Virus record (IMG/VR): IMGVR_UViG_3300003848_000002
Location: 15,547-79,546 of that record
From: a virus
Lineage: Duplodnaviria; Heunggongvirae; Uroviricota; Caudoviricetes
DNA length: 64,000 bases
Strand: one strand, 5' to 3'
The notes under the pieces are model-generated. The model did no database searches and had not been told where the DNA came from. It saw only the letters and a program-made list of their open reading frames with translations. Shown one piece after another: positions 1 through 10,379 of the stretch (the first letter of the stretch is position 1; every line of letters starts with the position of its first letter). A program made the position numbers and the translations under genes.

Positions 1-3
1 ACA

Positions 4-633
4 ATGAGTGAAATGGCTATGGATAAGCCTGAACTTGTCACTGTCGAATTAGGTGGAGTTTTAGGTAAAAATTTTGGCAAGGTTCATCGCGTTGCTGCAA
101 ATACTGTCCGGCGCGCAGTAACTATTATTGACTGTAATCGCCCTGGTCTCGTAACCTGGATGAAGATGAACGCTAAGAAATATCAGAAGTATCATATTTC
201 TGTCGAGCGTCATGATGGTGCAGTCTACGATATGAGCGAAGCCGAGTTCCAAATGGAAAATAACGGCAGCATGAAGTCGATCAGAATCACGCCAATTTAT
301 CGTGGCTCTGGCTCAAAGGTTGTCGGTGCAGTTCAGGTTGTTGTTGGTGTTATTTTGATGGTAGTGTCGGTGGTCGCAACTTCAGTAACCGGTGGTGCTT
401 CATTGGCAATGTTTTCTGCTGGTTTTGCTATGGCCTTCGGTGGTGTCGCAGCGCTCTTATCCAAGCAGCCATCAAATAAAATGACGACCGTTGATAATAA
501 TGAATCGTACTACTTTGATGGGCCGCAAAATACAGTATCTCAAGGCAACCCCGTACAGCTCATTTACGGTAAAGAGATTTTAGTCGGCTCCCAGATTGTC
601 AGCGTCAAGATGTCTGTTGAGCAGATGCTTTAG
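4..633 (+). CDS. tail assembly protein, lambda gpI-like
   Basis: Sits directly upstream of the J-like gene. Has a Gly/Val/Ala-rich hydrophobic C-terminal segment typical of gpI-family proteins. Start at 4 may be truncated by the window edge. Confidence 0.45.
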   Translation: MSEMAMDKPELVTVELGGVLGKNFGKVHRVAANTVRRAVTIIDCNRPGLVTWMKMNAKKYQKYHISVERHDGAVYDMSEAEFQMENNGSMKSIRITPIYRGSGSKVVGAVQVVVGVILMVVSVVATSVTGGASLAMFSAGFAMAFGGVAALLSKQPSNKMTTVDNNESYYFDGPQNTVSQGNPVQLIYGKEILVGSQIVSVKMSVEQML

Positions 634-785
634 TGCATAACCACTACGCAGGCTTAGACATTTGCGGTGGTGGCTAAGGTAGATTAAGTAAAACAGTTGG
701 GCATCGACAGGAGGTTGATGCCCAGCCATGCGCCGGCAGGATGCCAGCGATCACACATAAATTGCACCAAAAAGGGAGATTTTCG

Positions 786-3700
786 GTGGCAACTGTTAAA
801 GAAAGACGCCTGCTCGCCGGTTCTGGCGGTGGCAGCAAGGGCGGCGGTTCCGCGCGCACGCCTGTAGAAGATAAAGATAATGTTCAGTCGCGATCACTCG
901 CCTCAATCCTTGACCTTCTTGGTGAGGGAAAGATTGGTGGATTGATCAATGGCGGCCAGTCAATTTTCCTCGACAATGTCCCAATTCTTAACCCGGACGG
1001 CACCAGTAACTTCAATGGTGTAACCTGGTGGTTTCGTGATGGGACACAGAATCAGGCAGTGATCGAGGGCTTTGATTCGGTTGAAACCCCGCATGATGTT
1101 GGCGTTCAAATCAAGCTATCTACACCTCGCACCATTCAGATCGACAACGATGATTCTGATCAGGTGCGTGTCATTATGATGTTCCCGAAGCTGACTAAAA
1201 CGGATCAGAAGTCGGGCGACACCCACGGCACGACCGTTCAGTTCCAGTTTGAGATCGCATACGGCGCTAACTCGTTTAAACCAATTAAACCTCAAGGTTA
1301 TGCCTCACATGTCGTTACGCTGAGCAAAAAGTCCAGCGGCAAACACTATCGTGAGTATCTCTTTGATCTGCCCAAGCCAGGCTCAAATTATCGCATTCGC
1401 GTAAGCCGCGTGACCGCTGATAGCACCACTGACTATATCCAAGATCAGACCTGGCTCAGTCAGTACGGTGAAATCGTCAGTACAAAACTTAACTACCCGA
1501 ACAGTGCGCTTGTTGGTCTTAAAATCGACTCGCAGCAATTTGGTAGTTCTGTGCCGGCGCGTTCCTACTTGGTCTCGGGTATGGAAATCCGCGTTCCGTC
1601 CAACTATGACCCGGTGCTTGGTACGTATTCGGGAGATTGGGATGGAACCTTCCGTTTAATGGTTTCTGAAAATCCTGCCTGGATTTTGTACGACCTGCTC
1701 ACCAGTAAGCGCTATGGCCTGGGGGAGTATGTCACTGAATCAATGATCAACATCGGACAGCTTTACCAGATTGGGCGCTATTGCGATGAGCTGATCAATG
1801 ATGGATTCGGGGGTAAGGAGAAGCGCTTCGCAATTAACACCGTAATTAACTCACGCGGTGAGGCGTACAAGGTTCTTCAGGACATCGTATCGACTTTCCG
1901 AGGGATGATTTTCTGGGCTGGTGGCATGGTTAATATCATGCAAGATAGCCCAAGTAGCCCGGTCATGCAGTTCAGTGCCGCGAACATCATTGGCAAAGTA
2001 TCCTATAAAGGCTCTTCTCGCAAAGACCGCGCAACAGTAGCTCTCATCACCTACAACGACAAAGATGACCTGTACAAGCAGAACATTGAGTACGTTGAAG
2101 ATGAAGAGGGTATTAAGCGTTTTGGTGTACGTAAAACTGAATCATTAGCTTTCGGCTGTACAAGCCGTGGCCAGGCTCACCGTGTGGGGCTTTGGACGCT
2201 TTACAGCAACCGCATGGAAACAGATCTTATCACCTTCACTTCTGGTATGGACGCATCTTTACTCATGCCTGGCGAGCTGGTGAAACTGCAAGATAAGTTC
2301 CGATCAGGGAAACGAAATTCCGGGCGTCTGGTGAACTACACCAAAAACAGCATCACACTTGACGCTTCTGTAAAACTGACTAAAGCCGGGAATACCGTCT
2401 CTTTCCTGAGTGCTAAAGGGAAGATGATTGATCGCGACCTTATTGAAGGCGCTGGCGAATACTCTGTTGTCACCTTTAAGAAGGCATTAACTGAAGAAGA
2501 ATACCCTGCGATTATGGGGATCTGGTCAGTCATTGAGCCTAATCTGGAGCCAATGCTACTACGTGTGCTGGCCGTTAACCAGAATGAAGAGAAGGGTGCC
2601 TTTGACATCGTTGGTGTGCAGCACAACCCAACGAAGTTTGCCGCAATCGATGAAGGGGCGACTCTCGTTCCGTCGAAGACGACCATTCTCGATCCAACTT
2701 TCTCAACTCCTGAAAACCTGCAGGTAACCGAAGGCACATATGTTTCTTCTCCAGGCAACCTTTCGGTAAAAATGATGGTGAGTTGGGAGGGCAAGTCGCC
2801 TTCCTATGTGCTGCGTTACCGTCGTTCCGATGTTGTTGAAGATTGGGTTACAACAGAGGTTAAGACAGAGCAGTTCGACATTTTAAACGCTGCTGAGAAT
2901 GGCATGTATGACATCGAGCTGTACTCGATTTCAGTCACGGGCAGACGTTCCAGCGTCATTTCCATGGTGTACACCACTCTTGGAACGATGACGCCACCAG
3001 ATGCGCCCACGCTTCTCACTGCGATCGGAGATTATCGCGTCAACGTTCTGGCATGGCAGTTGCCGGGCACAATCGATATCGACAAAATTAACGTTTATGC
3101 CTCTCGCACCAACGATCTCACCACCGCGTCTCTTATTGCGGCGGTTGCCTCAACGACATTTACTCATAGCGGGCTGGGCGATGACGAAACTTGGTTTTAT
3201 TGGGTGCGCGCAGTAAATAAGCGCGGAATGCTGAGCCAGCCAAACTCTTCCCTCGGCACCGAGGCTACCACCAAAGATGTTCTGTCGTTCCTGAAGAACA
3301 AGATTACTTCTTCTGAGCTTGGGCAGGATCTTCTGGCTGACATCAACCAATCAGCGACAAAAGAAGCTGTTGAAGAAGTTAGTAAGAAGATCGACGAAAG
3401 TGTGGGTGAACTGCATAAAACGGTCGATGAGATTGAGCTGTCTGTCACAGGTGTTAAGCAGTCAGTTACCGACATGCAAAACTCATTCGACGGCATGGAG
3501 AAAGAACAAAGTGATTTGAAGGTCAACGTTCAGGACACGGCAGATAAAGTCAGCCAGGCGCTAGATGAAGTAGACGATGCCGCCGCCAGTATTTTAGCTC
3601 TTAAAGAGACCGTTAAGAAGCAGGGTGAGTCCGTTGCCAGCACTCTCGATGCGACACAGGCAGCTTTGGACGATAGTAAAACGCTAATCGCCGAAGAGAG

Positions 3701-5273
3701 ACAGGCTCGTGTTGATGGTGATGCAGCGATCGGCAAAAAAGTTGACACCATGCAGTCAGTGGTGGACACCGGCCAGGCCAATATTGATGAAATGAAACAG
3801 ACGGTGGCCGGCGTCGAGCAAACAGCATCGCAATGGTCAACGAGTTTGGAGGCAAATGCTAAAGCGAACATCGATCTGGCACTTCGTCAGGAAGAAGACA
3901 AAAAGCAGCAGGCATCAACTAATGCATCGGTGACCACCAGCCAGCAGGCTTTGGCAGACTCTGTTTCATCGGTGGCCAAGCGTGTCGATGAGATGAAAGC
4001 TGAAATCGGTGATGACATCGCCGCGCAGTTGCAGGAAGAAAGGGAAACTCGCGCCAGCGCTGATGAGGCGGTCAGTACCCAAATCACCCAGCTGAAGGCA
4101 CAAGTTAACGATGATGTTAAAGCATCGCTGGCAACCGAGCAGCAGGCTCGTGCTGACGCTGATAGCGCTTTGTCGAAAAAGGTCACAAATCTGCAGTCGC
4201 AGGTTAATACTGACGTTAAAGCGCAGATCGCAGCGGAGGCCAAAACGCGCGCGGATAAAGACAGCGCCTTATCAAGCCAAATTACTGCACTTAGCGCGCA
4301 GGTTAATGACGATGTGACCGCCCAGATCGCAACTGAGTCGAAGGCACGAACTGATGGTGACACCGCAATAAGTACCAAAGTTGATAAGCTGGCAACCAAA
4401 ACTACCAGTGACATCAAAGCAGCGGTAGCATCGGAGACCAAAGCTAGAACTGACGGTGATTCAGCACTCAGCAGCCAAATTAGCCTTCTTAAGACGCAAA
4501 CGGCAGCAGATATTAAAGCCGCTGTAGCTACTGAGACGAAAGCCCGCACTAATGCCGATACTGCGCTGGGAAGCCAGATTACGTCCCTAAAAACGCAGAC
4601 TGCGGCTGATATTAAAGCGGCTGTTGCCACAGAGACCAGGGCTCGTTCAAATGCCGATTCGGCTATGGCCAGTGACATCACCGCGCTTAAATCCAGAGCC
4701 GGCAAGCTTGAGTCATCGGTCACCTCTGAACAGACAGCGCGCGCTAATGCCGATACAGCATTGGGCAAGCGAGTTGATACGGTCAGTGCCAAAGCTGATT
4801 CGGTGTCATCTACCGTTCAGCAAACTTCTCAAGCCGTGGCTAATGTGAACTCTAAGGTTTCTGCATCTTGGACATTAAAGATGGAGACATCCACCTCAAA
4901 TGGCCAGAAGTATGCTGCTGGCATGGCGCTAGGGATCGACGGATCAGGGCTGTCGCAGTTCCTAATCCGCGCTGACCGCTTCGGGTTGGTTAACTCCGTC
5001 GATGGCAAGGTGACTACGCCATTTGTTGTGCAAAATAGTGTTGCCTACATGAATGGCGCATACATTAAAGACGGCACAATCGTGAATGCCAAAATTGGTG
5101 ATTTGCAGTCCACTAACTACGTTTCGGGAAGGACTGGTTGGCGAATTGCAAAAGGAGGTGCCTTCGAGATGAATGGCAACAGCGGAAGCACCGGCCGCAT
5201 GGTGATCAACAATAACCGAATCGAAGTGTATGACGAGAATGGCCGCCTTCGAGTTCGGATGGGATTGATGTAA
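786..5273 (+). CDS. tail tip / host-specificity protein, lambda gpJ-like, with long C-terminal coiled-coil fibre extension
   Basis: N-terminus SGGGSKGGGSARTPVEDKDN...NGVTWWFRDGTQNQ matches the gpJ N-terminal signature. Likely start is GTG 786 with AAGGGAG 7 nt upstream (ORF track start 741 is in frame). Central ~500 aa are coiled-coil tandem repeats. Confidence 0.8.
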   Translation: MATVKERRLLAGSGGGSKGGGSARTPVEDKDNVQSRSLASILDLLGEGKIGGLINGGQSIFLDNVPILNPDGTSNFNGVTWWFRDGTQNQAVIEGFDSVETPHDVGVQIKLSTPRTIQIDNDDSDQVRVIMMFPKLTKTDQKSGDTHGTTVQFQFEIAYGANSFKPIKPQGYASHVVTLSKKSSGKHYREYLFDLPKPGSNYRIRVSRVTADSTTDYIQDQTWLSQYGEIVSTKLNYPNSALVGLKIDSQQFGSSVPARSYLVSGMEIRVPSNYDPVLGTYSGDWDGTFRLMVSENPAWILYDLLTSKRYGLGEYVTESMINIGQLYQIGRYCDELINDGFGGKEKRFAINTVINSRGEAYKVLQDIVSTFRGMIFWAGGMVNIMQDSPSSPVMQFSAANIIGKVSYKGSSRKDRATVALITYNDKDDLYKQNIEYVEDEEGIKRFGVRKTESLAFGCTSRGQAHRVGLWTLYSNRMETDLITFTSGMDASLLMPGELVKLQDKFRSGKRNSGRLVNYTKNSITLDASVKLTKAGNTVSFLSAKGKMIDRDLIEGAGEYSVVTFKKALTEEEYPAIMGIWSVIEPNLEPMLLRVLAVNQNEEKGAFDIVGVQHNPTKFAAIDEGATLVPSKTTILDPTFSTPENLQVTEGTYVSSPGNLSVKMMVSWEGKSPSYVLRYRRSDVVEDWVTTEVKTEQFDILNAAENGMYDIELYSISVTGRRSSVISMVYTTLGTMTPPDAPTLLTAIGDYRVNVLAWQLPGTIDIDKINVYASRTNDLTTASLIAAVASTTFTHSGLGDDETWFYWVRAVNKRGMLSQPNSSLGTEATTKDVLSFLKNKITSSELGQDLLADINQSATKEAVEEVSKKIDESVGELHKTVDEIELSVTGVKQSVTDMQNSFDGMEKEQSDLKVNVQDTADKVSQALDEVDDAAASILALKETVKKQGESVASTLDATQAALDDSKTLIAEERQARVDGDAAIGKKVDTMQSVVDTGQANIDEMKQTVAGVEQTASQWSTSLEANAKANIDLALRQEEDKKQQASTNASVTTSQQALADSVSSVAKRVDEMKAEIGDDIAAQLQEERETRASADEAVSTQITQLKAQVNDDVKASLATEQQARADADSALSKKVTNLQSQVNTDVKAQIAAEAKTRADKDSALSSQITALSAQVNDDVTAQIATESKARTDGDTAISTKVDKLATKTTSDIKAAVASETKARTDGDSALSSQISLLKTQTAADIKAAVATETKARTNADTALGSQITSLKTQTAADIKAAVATETRARSNADSAMASDITALKSRAGKLESSVTSEQTARANADTALGKRVDTVSAKADSVSSTVQQTSQAVANVNSKVSASWTLKMETSTSNGQKYAAGMALGIDGSGLSQFLIRADRFGLVNSVDGKVTTPFVVQNSVAYMNGAYIKDGTIVNAKIGDLQSTNYVSGRTGWRIAKGGAFEMNGNSGSTGRMVINNNRIEVYDENGRLRVRMGLM
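4300..4720 (+). repeat. tandem ~105-nt (35-aa) coiled-coil repeats (ADIKAAVATETKARTNADTALGSQITSLKTQTA-type) inside J-like gene
   Basis: Near-identical nucleotide repeats are visible, e.g. gcagatattaaagccgctgtagctactgagacgaaagcccgcactaatgccgatactgcgctgggaagccagattacg. Confidence 0.6.
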
Positions 5274-5450
5274 TAAGTTTGCCCTGAATTTATCGGGGCA
5301 ATCTTTACCGTTATTCAAAAGCTATGAAAATCATGGTCTTTTATGTTGATACTCTCGCAAAAATAAGTAACCATCTACCTACTTTTGTAAATGCGCAGGA
5401 GCGTAGTTTAACCGCCGAAGCAAGGAATGCTGACGCGTTAAGGAGAAAAT

Positions 5451-8400
5451 ATGTGGTACAGGGAAGGTACTAAAACCTTGATCAATGGTTCTAACATCGT
5501 TACTGGTGTCGGCACCAGTTGGTCTAAGGCTGAAAATGGCGTTCTGCCGGGCATGATCTTGCTTGGTGAAAAAGGTGAGCCATACGAAATTAAGTCGGTT
5601 GAGTCAGATACATCGCTTACGCTCGTAGAACCTTACGATGGCAAAAACGTGAATAACACTCCATGCCGTATCATCACGACCTATCAGGGTGACATCAGTC
5701 AATTTTCAGCGCGCTTTGCGGCTCAGCTGCAACGCATGAATATTGATTCAGGCGTTATTCGCTCTTGGCTTACTTCGGGGCAGGATGCCCAGCTGTTAGC
5801 TGAGGATGGAACACTGATCACGCTGAAGGCTTTGCGTCAGATTGTCTCTGAACACGAAGATGCAATGGCCTGGTTTTCCGCAAACCAAGATTCGATTCTG
5901 AAGGCCGCCGCTAACGCAACAGCTGCTGCTTCAAGTGCGTCAGCAGCATTGGCATCCCAGAAGGCGACAAAGACTTCAGAGACAAACTCAGCGGGATCAG
6001 CGCGTGCGGCTGCATCCTCCAAAGCGGCAGCGGCGGCTTCCGCTACCAAGGCGGCAGCGTCAGAGAAAAACGCCAAGGCATCTGAAGTTAACGCCAAGGC
6101 ATCCGAAACCGCCGCAAGTGGTTCGGCAATCGCTGCAGCCACCTCAGAAACTAGCGCAAAAGCCTCCCAAGGCTCTGCAACTTCCTCTGCAGGAAAGGCA
6201 GCTACTTCAGAGAAGAACGCGGCTGCATCCGCCACCAGCGCAGCCAGCTCAAAAGGTTCGGCAGCAACGTCGGCAACAAGTGCAGCCACTTCCGCAACTA
6301 ACGCTAAAACATCCGAAAGCAACGCGAAGAAGTCCGAAGCAAATGCTAAGGCTTCTGAAAATGCAGCAGTTGGTTCTAAATCCGCAGCGGCGGCTTCAGA
6401 GGCTAACGCCAGTACCTCGGAAACAAATGCTGCATCAAGTGCGACTGCGGCTAAGGCATCTGAGACCAGCGCAGCCAGCTTTAAATCGGCCGCGGCCACC
6501 TTTGCTACCAACGCTAAATCTTCAGAAACAAGTGCGGCCAGCTCTAAAACAGCTGCGGCCACCTCTGCATCGAAGGCGGCCACCTCGCAATCGAATGCCT
6601 CGACCTCGGAAGCTAACGCAAAGAAATCAGAGACAAATGCTAAAGCATCTGAGAATGCCGCAGCGAGTTCAAACTCTAACGCAGGTAAATCAGCGTCAGC
6701 TGCTAAAACCTCTGAAAACAATGCGGCCGCCAGTGCATCGTCTGCTGCGGCATCGGCCAAGAGCCTCGATACAGATAACTTATGGAAAAAAACAACTTTA
6801 ACTAAAGCAGTATTGGTCGGCTTAGGGTTGGCTCCAGGTGACGCTCCATCCTTCACTGGCGGTGTTACCGTTGCCGGCACTATTAAGAATACCGGAGAAG
6901 TGCAAACTACAGCCACTAACTCATACCGTATGGTTGGCAGTAACTACGGCTTATTCCAGCGCATTGATGGTGCTAACTGGTACATGATGCTGACCGACCT
7001 GAAAGACAATTATGGAACCTATAACGCCTTCCGCCCGCTTTCTATAGCGCTTACAAGCGGTAGAGTGACTATGGCAAATGGTTTGAGTGTAACGGGTGAT
7101 GTAAGGCTCGCTTCAAACCTAGCTGTGACGGGCGCACTTAGTGCTACAAAAGGGGCCATCGTGAACGCGCCGGGAGCTGGCGCGGTAGCTGATTCGACTG
7201 GCGCGGCGCTACTTGTGAATGGCTCTGCAAATAATGGCACTCAAGGCATTACGGTTAACAGCTACGCGCCCTCGTTGTCCTTAATTGATCGTAGCGCATC
7301 GAGTGCTAGTTTTCGCTGGCGCGGAGATGGCAACTGTTTGCGCTTAGATGTCGATAATCGTGACAATGGCGCAACATGGAACAGCAATCTAGTTCAGATT
7401 GACGAACAGGGTCGATTGAGCATTGGTGGCGTAGTAACTGCTGATTATGCGGAGTCATTTACCTACCGGGATCAGTGGAAAACGAAAGCCCCTTTCTTCA
7501 ATGAGATTTCTTCGAGTGGAGCAAGCGAGTATCACCCACTGGTGAAGCAGAAAGTGACCGCAGGAAATAAGAGCTATGTAGCGTCTCTCGGTTGGCTGGT
7601 TAATTCAATGGTGTTTGAACTGGGCATTACCGATCAAGCAGGCAACACTAAAAACTTTACCTTCCGACCTAATGGTGAGTTCTCAACTCCGGCCAGGGTT
7701 TTGCCAGGTGATTACTCCAACTTCGATACCCGTTATTTGCGAATCAAGGGGAATGCAGTAAGCGCAAGCAAATTAGCCACGTCTCGTAAGATTGCAGGAA
7801 AGGCTTTTGATGGCACATCTGACATTGCGATCAGCGCTGGTGACGTTAAAGCGTTACCTAATACAGGGGGCACAGTGGCCGGGCAGGTAACTGTTGCAGC
7901 AAATGGCCCCGCTCTTGTCCTGAGACGCTTGGCGGCTTCTCAGGCAGTTTATCTCATGGGGCGTGACGAAAAAAACGTTGCACGTTGGTACGTTGGAAAT
8001 GGCGGCTCGGATGATGTTGTTACGATTCACAATTACATCCATAACACTACTATGCAGCTTAACGCCTCGGGCCTGCACACCAACAGAAACATTCGTGCTG
8101 CCGGTACTCTCACGTTAAATGGCAGTGGTGAGTCGAACGCGGTTTTAGGCTCTGGAACCTCAGATGTATTCATGCAAAACTCCAAATCAAATAAGTACCT
8201 CCAGCTTAAAGATAACGGCGTTTTGGCATATTCGGATTCCGCCATTTACCACCAGGGCAATAAACCTACAGCTGCTGATGTAGGCGCGCTATCAAGTTCT
8301 GGCGGTACTGTTATCGGCCCCGTGGTTTCAACAGATCCGAATGGTTTCCGCATTAAATACGGGGCGTTCGGTTCATTCTTCCGCAATGATGGTGGCTCCA

Positions 8401-9128
8401 GCTACTTCCTGCTGACTGCATCCGGTGATCAAAATGGAAGCTGGAACGGGTTACGTCCACTCTACTGGAATAATACTACCGGCAACGTAACAATGGGTCA
8501 TAACGTTGGTGTTGGTGGCTCCTTGACGGCTAACGGTGGGATTGTGTCTGGAAATGTTATCAATGTTCCTACGAGCAGTGGTTCATGGATAAGTATGCGA
8601 ACCGGCACTGCTTTGCAAGGTAATGGCGCTGTAGGCACTAACTCTGCCGCAGCAGTCGTTCGTCAGGAGCACGCCGATCGTCATTACGTTTTGGGTGGCT
8701 TGGGCAACTCTCAGTTCGGCATTTACATGATCAATAAATCACGTACTGCCAACGGCACTGATGCTGGGGCCTATCTTCAAAGTGATGGGACATGGACTTG
8801 CTTGGGCAATGGTAGTTTCAATGACGTATATATCCGTTCAGACCGTCGAAGCAAGCGTAACATTAAGAAGATTGACAACGCCCTGGACAAGCTGGAGAAA
8901 ATCGACGGTGTGCTTTACGAAATTCAGAACATGGATGGGTATGATCAATCAGCTGGTCTCGTTGCTCAACAGGTGCAGGAAGTGCAGCCCGAATTGGTTA
9001 CATCAGACATCGATCATGCCACTCAGGAAGAGCGCCTTCGCTTGAACTACAACGGTGTCATCGGCATGTTAGTTGAAGCCGTGAAGGAGCTGCGCGCCGA
9101 AGTTAAAGATCTGAAGGAGGCCAGATAA
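5451..9128 (+). CDS. long side tail fibre with C-terminal intramolecular chaperone (peptidase S74) domain
   Basis: N-terminal region is Ala/Ser/Thr-rich with SETNAKASE-type repeats, as in lambda Stf. C-terminal DVYIRSDRRSKRNIKKID...LNYNGVIGMLVEAVKEL is the self-cleaving chaperone motif seen in K1F endosialidase and T5 pb1. Confidence 0.8.
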   Translation: MWYREGTKTLINGSNIVTGVGTSWSKAENGVLPGMILLGEKGEPYEIKSVESDTSLTLVEPYDGKNVNNTPCRIITTYQGDISQFSARFAAQLQRMNIDSGVIRSWLTSGQDAQLLAEDGTLITLKALRQIVSEHEDAMAWFSANQDSILKAAANATAAASSASAALASQKATKTSETNSAGSARAAASSKAAAAASATKAAASEKNAKASEVNAKASETAASGSAIAAATSETSAKASQGSATSSAGKAATSEKNAAASATSAASSKGSAATSATSAATSATNAKTSESNAKKSEANAKASENAAVGSKSAAAASEANASTSETNAASSATAAKASETSAASFKSAAATFATNAKSSETSAASSKTAAATSASKAATSQSNASTSEANAKKSETNAKASENAAASSNSNAGKSASAAKTSENNAAASASSAAASAKSLDTDNLWKKTTLTKAVLVGLGLAPGDAPSFTGGVTVAGTIKNTGEVQTTATNSYRMVGSNYGLFQRIDGANWYMMLTDLKDNYGTYNAFRPLSIALTSGRVTMANGLSVTGDVRLASNLAVTGALSATKGAIVNAPGAGAVADSTGAALLVNGSANNGTQGITVNSYAPSLSLIDRSASSASFRWRGDGNCLRLDVDNRDNGATWNSNLVQIDEQGRLSIGGVVTADYAESFTYRDQWKTKAPFFNEISSSGASEYHPLVKQKVTAGNKSYVASLGWLVNSMVFELGITDQAGNTKNFTFRPNGEFSTPARVLPGDYSNFDTRYLRIKGNAVSASKLATSRKIAGKAFDGTSDIAISAGDVKALPNTGGTVAGQVTVAANGPALVLRRLAASQAVYLMGRDEKNVARWYVGNGGSDDVVTIHNYIHNTTMQLNASGLHTNRNIRAAGTLTLNGSGESNAVLGSGTSDVFMQNSKSNKYLQLKDNGVLAYSDSAIYHQGNKPTAADVGALSSSGGTVIGPVVSTDPNGFRIKYGAFGSFFRNDGGSSYFLLTASGDQNGSWNGLRPLYWNNTTGNVTMGHNVGVGGSLTANGGIVSGNVINVPTSSGSWISMRTGTALQGNGAVGTNSAAAVVRQEHADRHYVLGGLGNSQFGIYMINKSRTANGTDAGAYLQSDGTWTCLGNGSFNDVYIRSDRRSKRNIKKIDNALDKLEKIDGVLYEIQNMDGYDQSAGLVAQQVQEVQPELVTSDIDHATQEERLRLNYNGVIGMLVEAVKELRAEVKDLKEAR
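5930..6780 (+). repeat. low-complexity Ala/Ser/Thr-rich degenerate repeats (fibre shaft)
   Basis: Repeated K(A/T)SE(T/A)NA units. They generate long spurious ORFs on other frames (5837..6916 minus, 5935..6801 plus). Confidence 0.6.
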
Positions 9129-9613
9129 TGACGGTAGGATCTGGGTGGATTGGTTCAAGTGCAGTAGGGGAAACCGCTCAGCGTTGGATGTCGGCCGCAG
9201 GGCCGGCAATCAATGTCGGAGTTCCTTTTTGGATGAGTACATTGGCAGGTAAAAGTAAAGGGGTAAAGTTGACTGTGGTACAAAAGCAGGTGGGGGTTCT
9301 GCCGCCTGGCGTTCGTGGACCTCAGCCTTTCCCGATTGTAGAGTTCGGTTATCATAAAGCGCAAGGTTTTGGTGGTATCACTGGTAACTACAATGGCCGC
9401 GAAATCATTGCCCTCTACTCCAGCACACAATTTGGCGGCCTTTTGTTCCAGCTAAGTGGCGCAATGTCAGGCTCGGTCGTCATTAAAATTAATGGGGCGG
9501 CATTTACGTTGCCCTATAACTCATCAATAAATGCATATGCGATTTTAAATAATAATGCGGCCTACGCTGCTTTGCAGACAAGGGTAGGCCAAACGGTCGA
9601 GGTGACTTTTTAA
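9128..9613 (+). CDS. hypothetical protein, tail-fibre associated
   Basis: ATGA-coupled to the end of the fibre gene. No recognisable motif. Confidence 0.35.
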   Translation: MTVGSGWIGSSAVGETAQRWMSAAGPAINVGVPFWMSTLAGKSKGVKLTVVQKQVGVLPPGVRGPQPFPIVEFGYHKAQGFGGITGNYNGREIIALYSSTQFGGLLFQLSGAMSGSVVIKINGAAFTLPYNSSINAYAILNNNAAYAALQTRVGQTVEVTF

Positions 9614-9693
9614 CGGCGGTTGTAGGTATTTAGCTATTATCGTGTATCAAATAGTGGATAATGCACTCATTCAAACCGAATGGGTGCAATATC

Positions 9694-9984
9694 ATGAAAT
9701 GTTTAAATTTGTCCTTCCTTGCATTGGCTCTTGCCTCGCTCACTATTACTGGCTGCGCCGGATTTCCCGGCTCAAATATTGAGAAAGTTGATTGTATTGC
9801 GAAATATACCTCTGGAACCTGGCCGGGTGGTGAGCACTGGGTGAAGGTTGACCAGCGTCGTGTTAATCACGTTGGGCATCGTTACGTTCACGTAAATAGT
9901 GATTTAGTCCTGCACTTCTATGGCCGCTGGCAGCGAGAAGAGCTGTTTACTGATTACCAGTGCAAAAAGGCAGATGAGGTATGA
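9694..9984 (+). CDS. small lipoprotein (signal peptide + lipobox LTITGC)
   Basis: MKCLNLSFLALALASLTITGC lipobox. Paralogous to the next ORF. Located immediately after the receptor-binding genes. Confidence 0.55.
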   Translation: MKCLNLSFLALALASLTITGCAGFPGSNIEKVDCIAKYTSGTWPGGEHWVKVDQRRVNHVGHRYVHVNSDLVLHFYGRWQREELFTDYQCKKADEV

Positions 9985-10268
9985 TTAAATTAGGCTCAAA
10001 GCTCCTTATCGCCGCTTTGGTTTTAAACGTGTTAGGGTGCGCGGATCTGCAAAGGTTCGAGAGACACAAGGTAAGCTGCTACGGCAAGTATGGCTCGAAC
10101 TTTACAGGCTTTACACGTTATAAGTGGATCAAGATTGATGCTATCAGTGTCAGTCAAAACGGCACTCGCTTTGTTCACCCAGAGCCTGACCTCGATGTGA
10201 GTTTCGAGGCTAATTGGGTCTCGGATAGAGTGTTTAAAGAAATCCAATGTGAACCCCTTCCAAAATAA
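9981..10268 (+). CDS. small lipoprotein paralog (lipobox VLGC)
   Basis: MIKLGSKLLIAALVLNVLGC lipobox. Shares K..C..KY.S pattern with the preceding ORF. ATGA-coupled to it. Confidence 0.55.
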   Translation: MIKLGSKLLIAALVLNVLGCADLQRFERHKVSCYGKYGSNFTGFTRYKWIKIDAISVSQNGTRFVHPEPDLDVSFEANWVSDRVFKEIQCEPLPK

Positions 10269-10274
10269 TCCCCA

Positions 10275-10300
10275 AAAGCGCCTGTTGGCGCTTTTTCTTT
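10275..10300 (+). terminator. rho-independent terminator
   Basis: aaaagcgcc tgtt ggcgctttt followed by tcttt. Confidence 0.6.
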
Positions 10301-10379
10301 GGTTGTTAGCTACTTACTTTCCTGTTGCATTTTGATACTATTTGCGCCTATCGAGATTTGACTTTTCATGGAGGAAAAA

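Noticed and set aside
718-867. 49-codon ORF with near-perfect AGGAGG RBS overlapping the J-like start
   Set aside because: It has a 3-nt SD spacing and is out of frame with the conserved gpJ N-terminus. It is probably fortuitous.
3530-4792. Long minus-strand ORFs (113 aa and 301 aa) inside the J-like gene
   Set aside because: They are antisense to a strongly supported coding region. They are products of the low-complexity Ala/Thr/Lys repeat, which lacks stops on other frames.
5837-6916. 359-aa minus-strand ORF and 288-aa plus-strand alternative-frame ORF inside the side-fibre gene
   Set aside because: Same repeat artefact. The proteins are low-complexity poly-Ala/Arg/Gln with no start context.
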